Under the pieces are notes generated by a model. The model searched no databases, had not been told where the DNA came from, and worked only from the letters and a program-made list of their open reading frames with translations. DNA of 64,000 bases from an uncultured Ruminococcus sp. (GTDB lineage: Bacteria > Bacillota > Clostridia > Oscillospirales > CAG-382), in assembly GCA_964571635.1 (NCBI GenBank), contig CAZNCN010000003.1, positions 28,007-92,006 on the forward strand, read 5' to 3'. Positions 1 through 9,795 of this stretch are shown here, piece by piece. Position numbers and translations under genes: made by a program. The first letter of the stretch is position 1. Each line of letters begins with the position of its first letter.

Positions 1-1412
1 ATATCGCCATGGACGGCTATGCCGCTCTCGGCAAGGTTCTCACCGAAATGACCCCTCAGCAGGTCATCGACACCATACTCGCTTCGGGTCTCCGTGGCAG
101 AGGCGGCGGTGGCTTCCCCACCGGTCGCAAGTGGCAGTTCGCTGCTGACCAGACTCTCGAGAACAACCCGAACGCAGACAAAAAATATGTCGTCTGCAAC
201 GCCGACGAGGGTGACCCCGGCGCATTCATGGACAGATCGGTCCTCGAGGGCGACCCCCACGCAGTTCTCGAATCCATGGCTATCGCAGGCTATGCTATCG
301 GTGCTGACCAGGGCTATATCTATGTCCGTGCAGAATATCCTATCGCAGTCGAGCGTCTGCAGATCGCTATCGATCAGGCACACGAATACGGTATGCTCGG
401 CAAGAACATATTCGGCACAGGCTTTGACTTTGACATCTCCTTGCGTCTTGGCGCAGGTGCATTCGTCTGCGGCGAAGAGACCGCACTGCTCACCTCTATC
501 GAGGGCAACCGCGGCGAGCCCAGACCCCGTCCTCCGTTCCCTGCAGTCAAGGGTCTGTTTGGACATCCCACCATCATCAACAACGTTGAGACATATGCAA
601 ACGTTGCACAGATTATACTCAAGGGTGCTGACTGGTTCGCTTCTATGGGCACCGAAAAGTCCAAGGGCACCAAGATCTTTGCTCTCGGCGGCAAGATCAC
701 TCACACAGGCCTCGTTGAGATCCCCATGGGCACTCCCCTGCGCACTATCATCGAGGATATCGGCGGCGGCGTTCCCGGCGGCAAAAAGTTCAAGGCTGTT
801 CAGACCGGTGGCCCTTCGGGCGGCTGCATTCCCGCACACCTGCTCGACACCCCCGTTGACTATGACACTCTCGTCGCAATGGGCTGCATGATGGGCTCGG
901 GCGGCATGATCGTCATGGACGAGGACAACTGCATGGTTGACATCGCAAAGTTCTTCCTCGAATTCATCGTTGACGAATCCTGCGGCAAGTGCACACCCTG
1001 CCGTGTCGGTACTCGCAGAATGCTCGAGATACTCACCCGTATCACCGAGGGCAAGGGCGAAGAAGGCGATATTGAACGTCTCGAGGAGCTCGCCAACATG
1101 ATCAAGACCAACTCGCTCTGCGCGCTCGGTCAGACCGCTCCCAACCCCGTTCTTTCGACGCTCCGCTTCTTCCGCGACGAGTATGAAGCTCACATCAAAG
1201 AGAAGCGTTGCCCTGCAGGCAGCTGCAAGGCTTTGGCACAATACGTCATCGACCCCGAAAAGTGCAAGGGCTGCAGCGCATGCTCGCGTAAGTGCCCCGT
1301 CGGTGCTATCTCGGGCGAGATCCGCAAGCCGTTCGTCATCGACCAGAGCAAGTGCGTCAAGTGCGGCACCTGCGTCGATGTCTGCAAGTTCGGCGCGATA
1401 AGCAAGAAATAA
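1..1412 (+). CDS. hydB: Bifurcating [FeFe]-hydrogenase flavoprotein subunit HydB (NuoF/51 kDa-like), 5' end cut by window edge
   Basis: The frame is open back to nt 1. Motifs seen: [10 protein letters not shown] (FMN/NADH site), [10 protein letters not shown] (4Fe-4S) and two C-terminal CxxCxxCxxxCP ferredoxin motifs. It ends 14 nt before hydA. Confidence 0.9.
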   Translation, partial: IAMDGYAALGKVLTEMTPQQVIDTILASGLRGRGGGGFPTGRKWQFAADQTLENNPNADKKYVVCNADEGDPGAFMDRSVLEGDPHAVLESMAIAGYAIGADQGYIYVRAEYPIAVERLQIAIDQAHEYGMLGKNIFGTGFDFDISLRLGAGAFVCGEETALLTSIEGNRGEPRPRPPFPAVKGLFGHPTIINNVETYANVAQIILKGADWFASMGTEKSKGTKIFALGGKITHTGLVEIPMGTPLRTIIEDIGGGVPGGKKFKAVQTGGPSGGCIPAHLLDTPVDYDTLVAMGCMMGSGGMIVMDEDNCMVDIAKFFLEFIVDESCGKCTPCRVGTRRMLEILTRITEGKGEEGDIERLEELANMIKTNSLCALGQTAPNPVLSTLRFFRDEYEAHIKEKRCPAGSCKALAQYVIDPEKCKGCSACSRKCPVGAISGEIRKPFVIDQSKCVKCGTCVDVCKFGAISKK

Positions 1413-1426
1413 GGAGGAACATATAA

Positions 1427-3172
1427 ATGAAAACTGTAACGCTCACAATTGACGGCATTCAGGTAACCGTTCCCTCCACCTACACCATACTCGATGCCGC
1501 GAGAGAAGCTCATGTCAATATTCCCACGCTTTGCTATCTCAAGGACGTCAACGAAATAGGCGCATGCCGCCTGTGCGTTGTCGAGGTCGAGAGAGCCAGA
1601 GGCCTGCAGGCTGCATGTGTCTCCCCCGTAGGCGAAGGCATGGTAGTTCACACAAATACACCCGCTCTGCGTGAATCGCGCAGACTTAACCTTGAGCTTT
1701 TGCTCTCTAACCACAACCGCGAATGCACCAGCTGCATCCGCTCGGGCAATTGCGAATTGCAGAAGCTCTGCCAGGAGTACGGCGTTGACCGCTATGGCTT
1801 TGAGGGCTGCAAGACTCATACCGAAGCACCCGACGCAGTTTCGCCCTCTATCGTTCGCGACAACAGCAAGTGCATCAACTGCCGTCGCTGCATCGCAACC
1901 TGCAACAAGGTTCAGGGCATCGGTGCTATCGGCATGTCCAAGCGTGGTTTCAAGTCGACTGTCGGCTGCATCTATGGCAAGTCGCTCGCAGAATCACCCT
2001 GCATCAACTGCGGTCAGTGCATACTCGCCTGCCCTGTCGGCGCTCTGCATGAGAAAGAGTCGATCGACGAGGTCTGGGCAGCTATCAAAGACCCCACAAA
2101 GCATGTTGTCGTTCAGCCCGCACCCGCAGTGCGTGCTACCATCGGCGAAGAATTCGGTCTGCCCATGGGCACGGCCTGCACAGGCAAGCTCGTTTCCGCA
2201 CTCCGCAGGCTCGGCTTCGACAAGGTGTTTGACACCGATTTCGCCGCAGACCTTACTATTATGGAAGAAGGCACCGAGCTTATCCACCGCCTCACCGAGG
2301 GCGGCGCTCTGCCGATGATCACCTCGTGCTCGCCCGGCTGGGTCAAGTATTGCGAGTCCTTCTATCCCGAATTCATACCCAACCTCTCGAGCTGCAAATC
2401 TCCTCACGAGATGCTCGGCGCCGTCATCAAGAGCTATTATGCTAAAAAAGCAGGCATCGATCCCAAGGACATCTATGTTGTTTCTGTCATGCCCTGCACG
2501 GCAAAGAAGTATGAGGCTAAGCGTGAAGAGCTCTCTGTCGGCGGTCTTGCAGACATTGACGCAGTCCTCACAGTCCGTGAAGCTGCCCGCATGATGAAGG
2601 CAGCAGGCATCGACTTTGCACGTCTGCCCGACGAAGACTTTGACTCTGTTCTCGGCGAATCGACCGGTGCAGGTGTCATCTTCGGCGTCACCGGCGGTGT
2701 TATGGAGGCTGCTCTCCGTACCGTTTATGAGAAGGTCACAGGCAAGACTCTCGAAAACATCGACTTTGTCGCTGTCCGCGGCATCGAAGGTGTCAAAGAG
2801 GCCGAGATCGATCTCGACGGCAAGAAGATCACCGTTGCAGTCGCAAGCGGCACAGGCAACGCAGGCAAGCTGCTTGACGCTGTCAAGAGAGGCGAAAAGG
2901 ATTATACATTCATCGAGATCATGGGCTGCCCCGGCGGCTGCGTGACCGGTGGCGGCACACCTATCGTCGACGCTACCACAAAGTGCTATGTTGATCCTCG
3001 CGTTGAGCGCGCAAAGGCTATCTACGGCGAAGACGCAGGCAAGGCAAAGCGCAAGTCCCACGAGAATGAAGAACTCAAGACGCTTTATGCAGAGTTCCTC
3101 ACCGAGCCGGGCAGCCACCTTGCACACGAATTGCTGCACACCACCTATACTGCACGCAAAAAATATAACTAA
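1427..3172 (+). CDS. hydA: [FeFe]-hydrogenase catalytic subunit HydA (581 aa)
   Basis: It has an N-terminal 2Fe-2S/4Fe-4S ferredoxin region. H-cluster motifs TSCSPGW, MPCTAKKYE and EIMGCPGGCVTGGG are present. An AAGGAGG RBS lies upstream. Confidence 0.95.
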   Translation: MKTVTLTIDGIQVTVPSTYTILDAAREAHVNIPTLCYLKDVNEIGACRLCVVEVERARGLQAACVSPVGEGMVVHTNTPALRESRRLNLELLLSNHNRECTSCIRSGNCELQKLCQEYGVDRYGFEGCKTHTEAPDAVSPSIVRDNSKCINCRRCIATCNKVQGIGAIGMSKRGFKSTVGCIYGKSLAESPCINCGQCILACPVGALHEKESIDEVWAAIKDPTKHVVVQPAPAVRATIGEEFGLPMGTACTGKLVSALRRLGFDKVFDTDFAADLTIMEEGTELIHRLTEGGALPMITSCSPGWVKYCESFYPEFIPNLSSCKSPHEMLGAVIKSYYAKKAGIDPKDIYVVSVMPCTAKKYEAKREELSVGGLADIDAVLTVREAARMMKAAGIDFARLPDEDFDSVLGESTGAGVIFGVTGGVMEAALRTVYEKVTGKTLENIDFVAVRGIEGVKEAEIDLDGKKITVAVASGTGNAGKLLDAVKRGEKDYTFIEIMGCPGGCVTGGGTPIVDATTKCYVDPRVERAKAIYGEDAGKAKRKSHENEELKTLYAEFLTEPGSHLAHELLHTTYTARKKYN

Positions 3173-3193
3173 AACAGTATATTAACTGCAAAA

Positions 3194-3231
3194 AGCGGGC
3201 GCAGATCCTCTGCGTCCGCTTGACTTTTTTT
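3194..3231 (+). terminator. Intrinsic terminator after hydA
   Basis: A 12-bp stem AGCGGGCGCAGA/TCTGCGTCCGCT (one G-U pair) has a 3-nt loop and is followed by a T-run at 3224-3231. Confidence 0.8.
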
Positions 3232-3287
3232 ATAAATACTATTATAATGCTTTTATATTTATCAAAACCAAAACAAGGAGTGACGTT

Positions 3288-4079
3288 ATGGGATACGTAT
3301 TCATCAGCTATAGCTCTGCCGACAAAGATGCCGCCGAAGCTGTGCGTGCAAGTCTTTTGAGCCGCAATATCAAATTGTGGATGGCACCCTACGACATTCC
3401 CGCAGGTCAGCGCTATGCCGCAGTTATCACCAACGCTATCAAAGAGTGCGAGTGCCTGTTGCTGTTGCTCTCGAATCAATCTCAGGCATCGACTTGGGTC
3501 GACAAGGAGCTTGAGCGTGCACTGACCTATCGCAAGCCTGTTTTCCCAATGAGAATAGACAGATGCGAGCTTGCGGGTAGCTTTGAGTTTTATCTCGGCA
3601 ACCAGCAGATCGTCGATGTTGATTCGATAGAAAACGGTGACGCAGGGTTTGAAAAAATAATCAGCGCACTAACCCCTTATGCATTTTCCGCCGCTGCCTC
3701 GCCGCAGCCTGCCGTGCAGACCGCACATATCGAAGCCACGCAGACCTCGCAGCCCGAAATAGGCTATGGTGTGCTTTTGCACACAGACACAGATATAGAT
3801 ATACATACTGATGAGCAAGCCTCGGACGGCTATGGTGCTGTCCACGGACAGCAGCACGAGCCGGAGCCCTCGCACGCTGACGAAGGGCCCGCAAAGATAG
3901 GCTATGGCGTTTTTGTCGGAGAGCATAACGCCACCGACAAATATGGTCGGATAGTCACTCATGACGAGGAGCTGCAACCGCCTGCCACTCATACTCAGGC
4001 AGAACCCCCCTCCGAGGGTGGATACGGTGCTTTGACAGGTGTGCCGTCAGAGGACGGATATGGTGCTCCGGTGGGCTAA
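3288..4079 (+). CDS. Stand-alone TIR-domain protein with low-complexity GYG-repeat C-terminal tail (263 aa)
   Basis: The N-terminal ~130 aa are TIR-like: YVFISYSSADKD, then LLLLSNQSQASTWVDKELERAL. The tail carries five [IDG]GYG[AV] repeats. An AAGGAG RBS is present. Confidence 0.8.
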   Translation: MGYVFISYSSADKDAAEAVRASLLSRNIKLWMAPYDIPAGQRYAAVITNAIKECECLLLLLSNQSQASTWVDKELERALTYRKPVFPMRIDRCELAGSFEFYLGNQQIVDVDSIENGDAGFEKIISALTPYAFSAAASPQPAVQTAHIEATQTSQPEIGYGVLLHTDTDIDIHTDEQASDGYGAVHGQQHEPEPSHADEGPAKIGYGVFVGEHNATDKYGRIVTHDEELQPPATHTQAEPPSEGGYGALTGVPSEDGYGAPVG

Positions 4080-4100
4080 TATTTATTTATATTTTATACA

Positions 4101-4129
4101 TTGACAATTACTTGTTTTAGTGGTACAAT
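4101..4129 (+). promoter_or_regulatory. Sigma-A type promoter for the ABC uptake operon
   Basis: TTGACA, 17-nt spacer, TACAAT, with TG at the extended -10 position. Confidence 0.55.
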
Positions 4130-4172
4130 ATCCCGCATATAAGACAGCGGTGCATAAATATGCACATTTCAC

Positions 4173-4218
4173 CTGCAATTGACGCATTTTTTGCAGTGAC
4201 GTGCATGACGCACTTTTT
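4173..4218 (+). promoter_or_regulatory. Leader with two mutually exclusive hairpins (terminator-like plus candidate antiterminator)
   Basis: CTGCAA/TTGCAG (4173-4196) overlaps the 5' arm of hairpin 4195-4214, which is followed by TTTTT. A direct repeat TGACGCAyTTTTTG occurs at 4180 and 4207. Confidence 0.35.
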
Positions 4219-4249
4219 GTCAAATCGCCAATTGGCAGGAGGAATCATT

Positions 4250-5227
4250 ATGAAAAACATCAAAAAAGCTTTATCGCTCGTTCTCGCACTTGCAATGCTC
4301 GCAGTTTCGTGCCTTGCATTTGCCGCTTGCTCTGACAACACGAGCAAAAAGTACACCATCGGCATATGCCAGCTCACACAGCACGCAGCGCTTGACGCCG
4401 CAACGCAGGGCTTTATCGACGCAGTCATCGCCGAGCTTGGCGAAGAAAATGTCGACATCGATATGCAGAACGCTTCGGGCGACACCAACGTCTGCACAAC
4501 TATAATCACCAAATTCGTCAACAAAAACGTTGACCTCATCCTCGCTAACGCAACGCCTGCACTTCAGGCTGCATACAGCACTACTGTTTCCAACCCCATC
4601 CCCGTGCTCGGTACTTCTATCACCGAATACAGCGTTGCGCTCGACCTCGACAACTTCAACGGCACCGTCGGCAGCAATGTTTCGGGCACTTCCGACCTTG
4701 CACCGCTCGACCAGCAGGTTGACATGATCCTTGAGATCTGCCCCGATGTCAAGTCGGTCGGCATAATCTATTGCTCGGGCGAAGCAAACTCCAAATATCA
4801 GGTTGAGAAGGTCACCGAATACCTCACAAAAAAGAATGTTGTCGCCAAGGCATACCCCTTCTCTGACTCCAACGACATCATCGCAATAACCAACGCTGCC
4901 GCAGCAGAATGCGACGCAATTTATATTCCCACCGACAACACTGCTGCTTCGTGCGCAGAGACCATCGGCAACATCGTCCGTGAAAAGAAGGTGCCCACAT
5001 TTGCAGGTGAAGAAAACACTGCCAAGGCTTGCGGCATCGCATCGCTTTCGATAAGCTATTATGACCTCGGCGTGCAGACAGGCAAAATGGCTGCAAAGAT
5101 CCTGAAGGGCGAGGCAAACATCTCTGAAATGCCCATCGAATATGCCCCCGCAACCAAAAAATACAATGCCGAAATGGCTGAATTGCTCGGCATAACCATT
5201 CCCGAGGGCTATACCGCGATCGAGTGA
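4250..5227 (+). CDS. ABC transporter substrate-binding lipoprotein (ABC_sub_bind/PF04392-like)
   Basis: The internal ATG at 4250 has a GGAGG RBS. The signal peptide has a lipobox (LAFAAC). The motif YTIGICQLTQHAALDAA is typical of this family. Confidence 0.85.
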   Translation: MKNIKKALSLVLALAMLAVSCLAFAACSDNTSKKYTIGICQLTQHAALDAATQGFIDAVIAELGEENVDIDMQNASGDTNVCTTIITKFVNKNVDLILANATPALQAAYSTTVSNPIPVLGTSITEYSVALDLDNFNGTVGSNVSGTSDLAPLDQQVDMILEICPDVKSVGIIYCSGEANSKYQVEKVTEYLTKKNVVAKAYPFSDSNDIIAITNAAAAECDAIYIPTDNTAASCAETIGNIVREKKVPTFAGEENTAKACGIASLSISYYDLGVQTGKMAAKILKGEANISEMPIEYAPATKKYNAEMAELLGITIPEGYTAIE

Positions 5228-5283
5228 TCGTTATATCTGTTATTTTATAAAAGCATTATTCTTAAAATCAAAAGGAAACTGGC

Positions 5284-6201
5284 ATGGAACAACTCTTAGG
5301 CTCGCTGCCCGGAGCGATATCTCAAGGTCTCATCTGGGGTATAATGGCGATAGGATTATACATTACATATAAAATACTTGCTATCTCAGATCTGACGGTT
5401 GACGGAACGATCATTTTGGGCGAAGCCGTATGTGCTGTTCTCATCACGTCCGGCGTCAATCCGTGGGTTGCTATGCTCTGTGCAACCGCCGCAGGTGCGC
5501 TGGCAGGACTTGTCACAGGTCTTTTGCACACTGTTCTGGATATTCCCGCGATACTTTCGGGCATATTGACGCAGATGATGCTGTGGTCTGTATATCTCAA
5601 GGTGACAGAGGGTCAGGCAAACGTAAGCCTCAACCCGAGAAAATATCAGCTCGTGCTCACCACGGGCGACTCGCTGAACGTCATTCTGACGCTGCTCGCT
5701 ATATTGGCGGTCATAATCGGCATACTTTATTGGTTCTTTGGCACTGAGCTCGGCTGCTCGATCAGAGCAACAGGCTGCAACAACAATATGGCACGTGCCC
5801 AGGGCATCAATACCGAGTTTAACAAGGTGCTGGGACTCGTCATTTCAAACGCTATCGTCGCTTTGTCGGGCTCGTTGCTCGCTCAGTATCAGAGTGCCGC
5901 CGACATCAACGCAGGCAAGGGCGCAATAGTTATCGGACTTGCCGCCATCGTCATCGGTGACGTAGTTATGCAAAAGGTCGCACGCAATTTTGCCGTCAGA
6001 CTTTGCGGAGTTCTGGTGGGCGGCGTGATATATTATATGATCTATCAGATAATAGTTTTTATCGGCATAGATACCGACCTGCTCAAAATGCTTTCGGCAA
6101 TCGTCGTCGTGATATTCCTCGGCGTACCCAACCTGCGCGCAAAGTATTTCAGCGGCATTCATGCAAAGACCAAAAAGAAAGCGGGTGAAAACAATGCTTG
6201 A
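5284..6201 (+). CDS. ABC transporter permease
   Basis: This is a 305-aa polytopic hydrophobic protein lying between the SBP and the ATPase. It overlaps the ATPase start by 8 nt. Confidence 0.85.
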   Translation: MEQLLGSLPGAISQGLIWGIMAIGLYITYKILAISDLTVDGTIILGEAVCAVLITSGVNPWVAMLCATAAGALAGLVTGLLHTVLDIPAILSGILTQMMLWSVYLKVTEGQANVSLNPRKYQLVLTTGDSLNVILTLLAILAVIIGILYWFFGTELGCSIRATGCNNNMARAQGINTEFNKVLGLVISNAIVALSGSLLAQYQSAADINAGKGAIVIGLAAIVIGDVVMQKVARNFAVRLCGVLVGGVIYYMIYQIIVFIGIDTDLLKMLSAIVVVIFLGVPNLRAKYFSGIHAKTKKKAGENNA

Positions 6202-6988
6202 GATATGCGGAATTTCCAAGACCTTTCATCCCGGCACGATAAACGAGAAAAGAGCACTGCAAGATCTCTCTCTCACGCTCGAGGACGGCGACTTTGTCAC
6301 TGTCATCGGCGGCAACGGCGCAGGCAAAAGCACTCTTATGAACGCTATATGCGGTGTTTGGAGGCTCGACAGCGGCAAGATAATCATTGACGGCAAGGAT
6401 GTCACATCAATGCCCGAGCACAGACGTGCAAAATACCTCGGCAGAGTGTTCCAGGACCCTATGATGGGCACTGCCGCAGATATGGAGATCAAAGAGAACC
6501 TTGCGCTCGCCAAGCGCCGTGGCAAAAGCCGCGGGCTCAGATGGGGCATCACAAGTGCCGAAAAAGCCGAATTTCGCGATATGCTCGCATCGCTCGATCT
6601 GGGACTTGAGGATCGCATGAGCAGCAAGGTTGGACTGCTTTCGGGTGGCCAAAGACAAGCTGTCACGTTGTTGATGGCTTCGCTCTCAAAGCCAAAGCTG
6701 CTGTTGCTCGACGAGCACACCGCAGCGCTTGACCCCAAAACCGCCGAAAAGGTACTCGACATAACAGACAAGATAGTCTTTGAGAACCGCCTCACAACGC
6801 TCATGATAACCCACAATATGCGTGACGCCATCAATCACGGCAACAGGCTGATCATGCTGCATCAGGGCCAAATAATTCTCGACATCAGGGGCGAGCAAAA
6901 AAGGAGCCTCACTGTCGAGCAATTGCTCGAGCTTTTCTCGAATGCGAGCGGCAAGGAATTTGCCAGCGACAGAGCGGTGCTCAATTAA
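6194..6988 (+). CDS. ABC transporter ATP-binding protein
   Basis: Walker A GGNGAGKST, signature LSGGQRQ and Walker B LLLLDE are present. The start is taken at MLEICGISK. Confidence 0.9.
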   Translation: MLEICGISKTFHPGTINEKRALQDLSLTLEDGDFVTVIGGNGAGKSTLMNAICGVWRLDSGKIIIDGKDVTSMPEHRRAKYLGRVFQDPMMGTAADMEIKENLALAKRRGKSRGLRWGITSAEKAEFRDMLASLDLGLEDRMSSKVGLLSGGQRQAVTLLMASLSKPKLLLLDEHTAALDPKTAEKVLDITDKIVFENRLTTLMITHNMRDAINHGNRLIMLHQGQIILDIRGEQKRSLTVEQLLELFSNASGKEFASDRAVLN

Positions 6989-6994
6989 ATTGCA

Positions 6995-7030
6995 TTAAAA
7001 AAAGAACCTTTCCAGCAAAGGTTCTTTTTG
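6995..7030. terminator. Bidirectional intrinsic terminator between convergent genes
   Basis: A perfect 11-bp stem AAAGAACCTTT/AAAGGTTCTTT has a 5-nt loop, with an A-run upstream and a T-run downstream. Confidence 0.8.
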
Positions 7031-7042
7031 TGTTTTGGAAAA

Positions 7043-7882
7043 TCAGAATTCTATCTGCATTCCGTCATAGGAAACGAGGAATCCGTCCGCCGCAGCGACA
7101 GGCACGAGCTCGTCGTATATCAGCTTGCCGTTGTGCGAAAAATGGTTGATGACGTTGATCGTTTTGTCGTCGACGACGCCTATTTCTCTAAGCTTTTCTC
7201 TCACGACAGGGCAGGAGTCGAGCCCCAGATGTCCGCCGCCGCTAGGCAGAGCGCCATAGGTGCAGTCATAGCTGACAAGGTCGGCTCTTATGTGGTTTTC
7301 GGCAAGATAAGCATACACCTCATCAAACAAAAGTCCGGTGTCGTGCAGGTACAAAAGCGTGCTCTTGCCGTCGGTGACGATATAGACATATGCATCCTGA
7401 GGCTGTGCGTGGTTTGCTTTCATGGCGGTGACCGTATAATTGCCAAGCTCAGTGGGCTTATATGCTTCGATAAGATGCATATGCGTGCCGTCGACGGCTG
7501 CCTCGTCATAATCGGTCTTGCGTATCATCCTTTCGTATTTTGCAACAACATCCTTGCTGCCGTATATGTCGACCACATCCGATGTGCGGTTGTGGCAATA
7601 ATAGTCGGGATGCCTGAAATGCATGTCAAGCGGCTCAAAATGATCGAGGTGTGCGTGAGTGACGATTATGTTCCTTATTGCCGAAAGGTCAAAACCACGC
7701 AGAAGCTCGTGCATATAGGTATCGCCGGGATAATCAATCAGCATATCGTCGTTGATAAGTGCCTGCGAGCGTGTGCGTATATTTTTGCCGCCAGCCTTGC
7801 GTGCTCTGACACAGTGGTCGCAATTGCAATAAACGGCGGGCCAGCCCTCTGCTGCAGCTGTTCCGAGATAGGTAAGTTTCAT
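7043..7882 (-). CDS. MBL-fold metallo-hydrolase (PhnP-like)
   Basis: The HxHxDH motif is present (VTHAHLDH), along with an N-terminal CNCDHC cluster. The 291-aa ORF on the opposite strand has no motifs. Confidence 0.8.
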   Translation of the reverse strand: MKLTYLGTAAAEGWPAVYCNCDHCVRARKAGGKNIRTRSQALINDDMLIDYPGDTYMHELLRGFDLSAIRNIIVTHAHLDHFEPLDMHFRHPDYYCHNRTSDVVDIYGSKDVVAKYERMIRKTDYDEAAVDGTHMHLIEAYKPTELGNYTVTAMKANHAQPQDAYVYIVTDGKSTLLYLHDTGLLFDEVYAYLAENHIRADLVSYDCTYGALPSGGGHLGLDSCPVVREKLREIGVVDDKTINVINHFSHNGKLIYDELVPVAAADGFLVSYDGMQIEF

Positions 7883-7962
7883 AAAAATGCGTCCTCTCTG
7901 TAGTTGATGCCTCTATTATACTAAAAAAACGCAAAAAACGCAAGGATTTTAGAAAAAAACTA

Positions 7963-7991
7963 TTGCAAAACACAAAAATGTGTGCTATACT
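7963..7991 (+). promoter_or_regulatory. Sigma-A promoter for rpmE
   Basis: TTGCAA, 17-nt spacer, TATACT, with TGc at the extended -10 position. Confidence 0.55.
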
Positions 7992-8027
7992 TTCCCTGTT
8001 GACTACGAAAGTGAGGTAATATGCAAA

Positions 8028-8228
8028 ATGAAGGAAGGCTTACATCCCGAATACAAGCAGACAATTGTCAAATGTGCTTGTGGCGAAGAGTATGTTACTA
8101 TGTCTACCAAAGACAATATAAAGGTTGATATCTGTTCAAAATGCCATCCGTTTTTCACCGGCAAACAGAAGCTTGTCGACGTTGGCGGTCGTGTTGATAA
8201 ATTCAAAAAGAGATTTAACCTTCAGTAA
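8028..8228 (+). CDS. rpmE: 50S ribosomal protein L31
   Basis: The product begins MKEGLHPEY and has two CxxC pairs ([15 protein letters not shown]). The start is moved to the internal ATG at 8028. Confidence 0.95.
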   Translation: MKEGLHPEYKQTIVKCACGEEYVTMSTKDNIKVDICSKCHPFFTGKQKLVDVGGRVDKFKKRFNLQ

Positions 8229-8243
8229 TCTATTCTACAGAAG

Positions 8244-8275
8244 CGGCGGTGCCTTTGCACCGCCGATTTCTTTTG
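8244..8275 (+). terminator. Intrinsic terminator after rpmE
   Basis: A 9-bp stem CGGCGGTGC/GCACCGCCG with a CTTT loop is followed by a T-rich tract. Confidence 0.75.
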
Positions 8276-8306
8276 CCTCAACGCACACGAAAAGAGAGGT
8301 GTAGAT

Positions 8307-9566
8307 ATGACCGAACAAACACAAAACCAAAATGTTTCATACGCCGTGCTGGTCACAGTCACGGCAGAACGCACTCAGGCAGAGTGCGACAGATCGCTCG
8401 ACGAGCTCGAAAGGCTGCTTGATACCGCAGGCGGTATAGCTGTCGCACGAGTTATACAGCCGCGTATATCGCCGGACAAGGCAACCTTTATAGGCAGCGG
8501 CAAGGTCGAGGAATTGCACGAGTTTATACGCTCTGACGAGCGCATAGATCTGTGCGTATTTGATGATGAGCTGACGCCGTCACAGATATCCAATCTCGGC
8601 AAGGCACTCGGCATAAGAGTCATCGACCGAACCATGCTGATACTGGATATTTTCGCATTGCACGCCGCAACAGGCGAGGGCAAATTGCAGGTCGAGATCG
8701 CCTGCCTGCGCTATACTGCGCCGAGACTAAGCGGTCACGGCAAGGATATGTCAAGGCTCGGCGGCGGCATCGGCACAAGAGGCCCGGGCGAAAGCAAGCT
8801 CGAGATAGACCGCAGGCGGCTCAGAGCACGCATCGCACTTTTGCAGCAGCAGATTGCAGAGCTCGAGAAGAACCGCTCTGTCAGGCGTGCCGCAAGAGAA
8901 AGGTCAGAATTGCCCTCGGCTGCCATTATAGGCTATACCAACGCAGGCAAGTCGACGCTTATCAATTATCTGACAGGCGCAGGCATACTCGCCGAGGACA
9001 AGCTGTTCGCAACGCTTGATCCTACGACAAGGGTTATGAAATTGCCCGATGGCAACGACATACTGCTGACTGACACGGTCGGATTTATCGACAGACTGCC
9101 GACGCACCTCGTCAAAGCGTTCAAGTCGACGCTCGAGGAGCTCGTTTATGCCGACATATTGATAATGCTGACAGATTTCAGCGAGCCCGAGTCAGAGCGG
9201 GCACGCAAGCGTGCTGTTACGCAACAAATGATAGCAGACCTCGGAGCGGGCGACAAGCCGCTTATAGAGGTGTATAACAAAAGCGATTGTAAGATCGATG
9301 AGGGCTATTTGCCTGTCGACGCGGTATGCATAAGCGCAAAGACGGGCGAGGGCGTCGAGGACCTTTTGACAAGGCTGCAAACGCTGATCGCAGAGGGCAA
9401 AAAGATCGCGAGATACTTCTTTGCACATTCGGACGGTGCAAAAGCCGCTGATATGTATAGATTCGCCCGCGTCATCGAGTGCGAATACACCGATGAGGGA
9501 CAGATCATTACCGCCGAATGTGACGAACGTGCACGCGGCATGTTTAAAAAATATATCATAGAATAA
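8307..9566 (+). CDS. hflX: GTPase HflX
   Basis: An HflX N-terminal domain is followed by G1 GYTNAGKST, G3 DTVGF and NKSD. Confidence 0.9.
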   Translation: MTEQTQNQNVSYAVLVTVTAERTQAECDRSLDELERLLDTAGGIAVARVIQPRISPDKATFIGSGKVEELHEFIRSDERIDLCVFDDELTPSQISNLGKALGIRVIDRTMLILDIFALHAATGEGKLQVEIACLRYTAPRLSGHGKDMSRLGGGIGTRGPGESKLEIDRRRLRARIALLQQQIAELEKNRSVRRAARERSELPSAAIIGYTNAGKSTLINYLTGAGILAEDKLFATLDPTTRVMKLPDGNDILLTDTVGFIDRLPTHLVKAFKSTLEELVYADILIMLTDFSEPESERARKRAVTQQMIADLGAGDKPLIEVYNKSDCKIDEGYLPVDAVCISAKTGEGVEDLLTRLQTLIAEGKKIARYFFAHSDGAKAADMYRFARVIECEYTDEGQIITAECDERARGMFKKYIIE

Positions 9567-9576
9567 ACAGAAATAA

Positions 9577-9611
9577 CACCCCCGACAGATATTCCGCATC
9601 TATCGGGGGTG
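9577..9611. terminator. Hairpin between convergent hflX and hom
   Basis: CACCCCCGA/TCGGGGGTG stem with inner AGAT/ATCT pairs. The flank is T-rich on the minus-strand side. Confidence 0.5.
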
Positions 9612-9795
9612 CTTGCTATTCTGCTGTATTCAAATGGTTGCAACCATTTCGTCGGGAGCAAGCCCCCGCCCTACGACAATGCGTGATCTTGTGTGCATAT
9701 CGTGATAAAATACGAACCCACAGCGCTATAATCATAATCGTCAAGACGTGGATGCTTTTGCTTTGGCAGATCATTTTCTTCAACAATTTCATTCA

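Noticed and set aside
1994-3139. A 381-aa ORF antisense to hydA, and similar long antisense ORFs inside hydB.
   Set aside because: The sense strand carries unmistakable H-cluster motifs. The antisense product is low-complexity (A/C/G/D-rich) with no motif. It is typical shadow-ORF noise.
7028-7903. A 291-aa plus-strand ORF covering the same interval as the MBL hydrolase.
   Set aside because: Only the minus-strand frame has the HxHxDH metal site and a sensible N-terminus. The plus-strand ORF starts inside the terminator hairpin and lacks an RBS.
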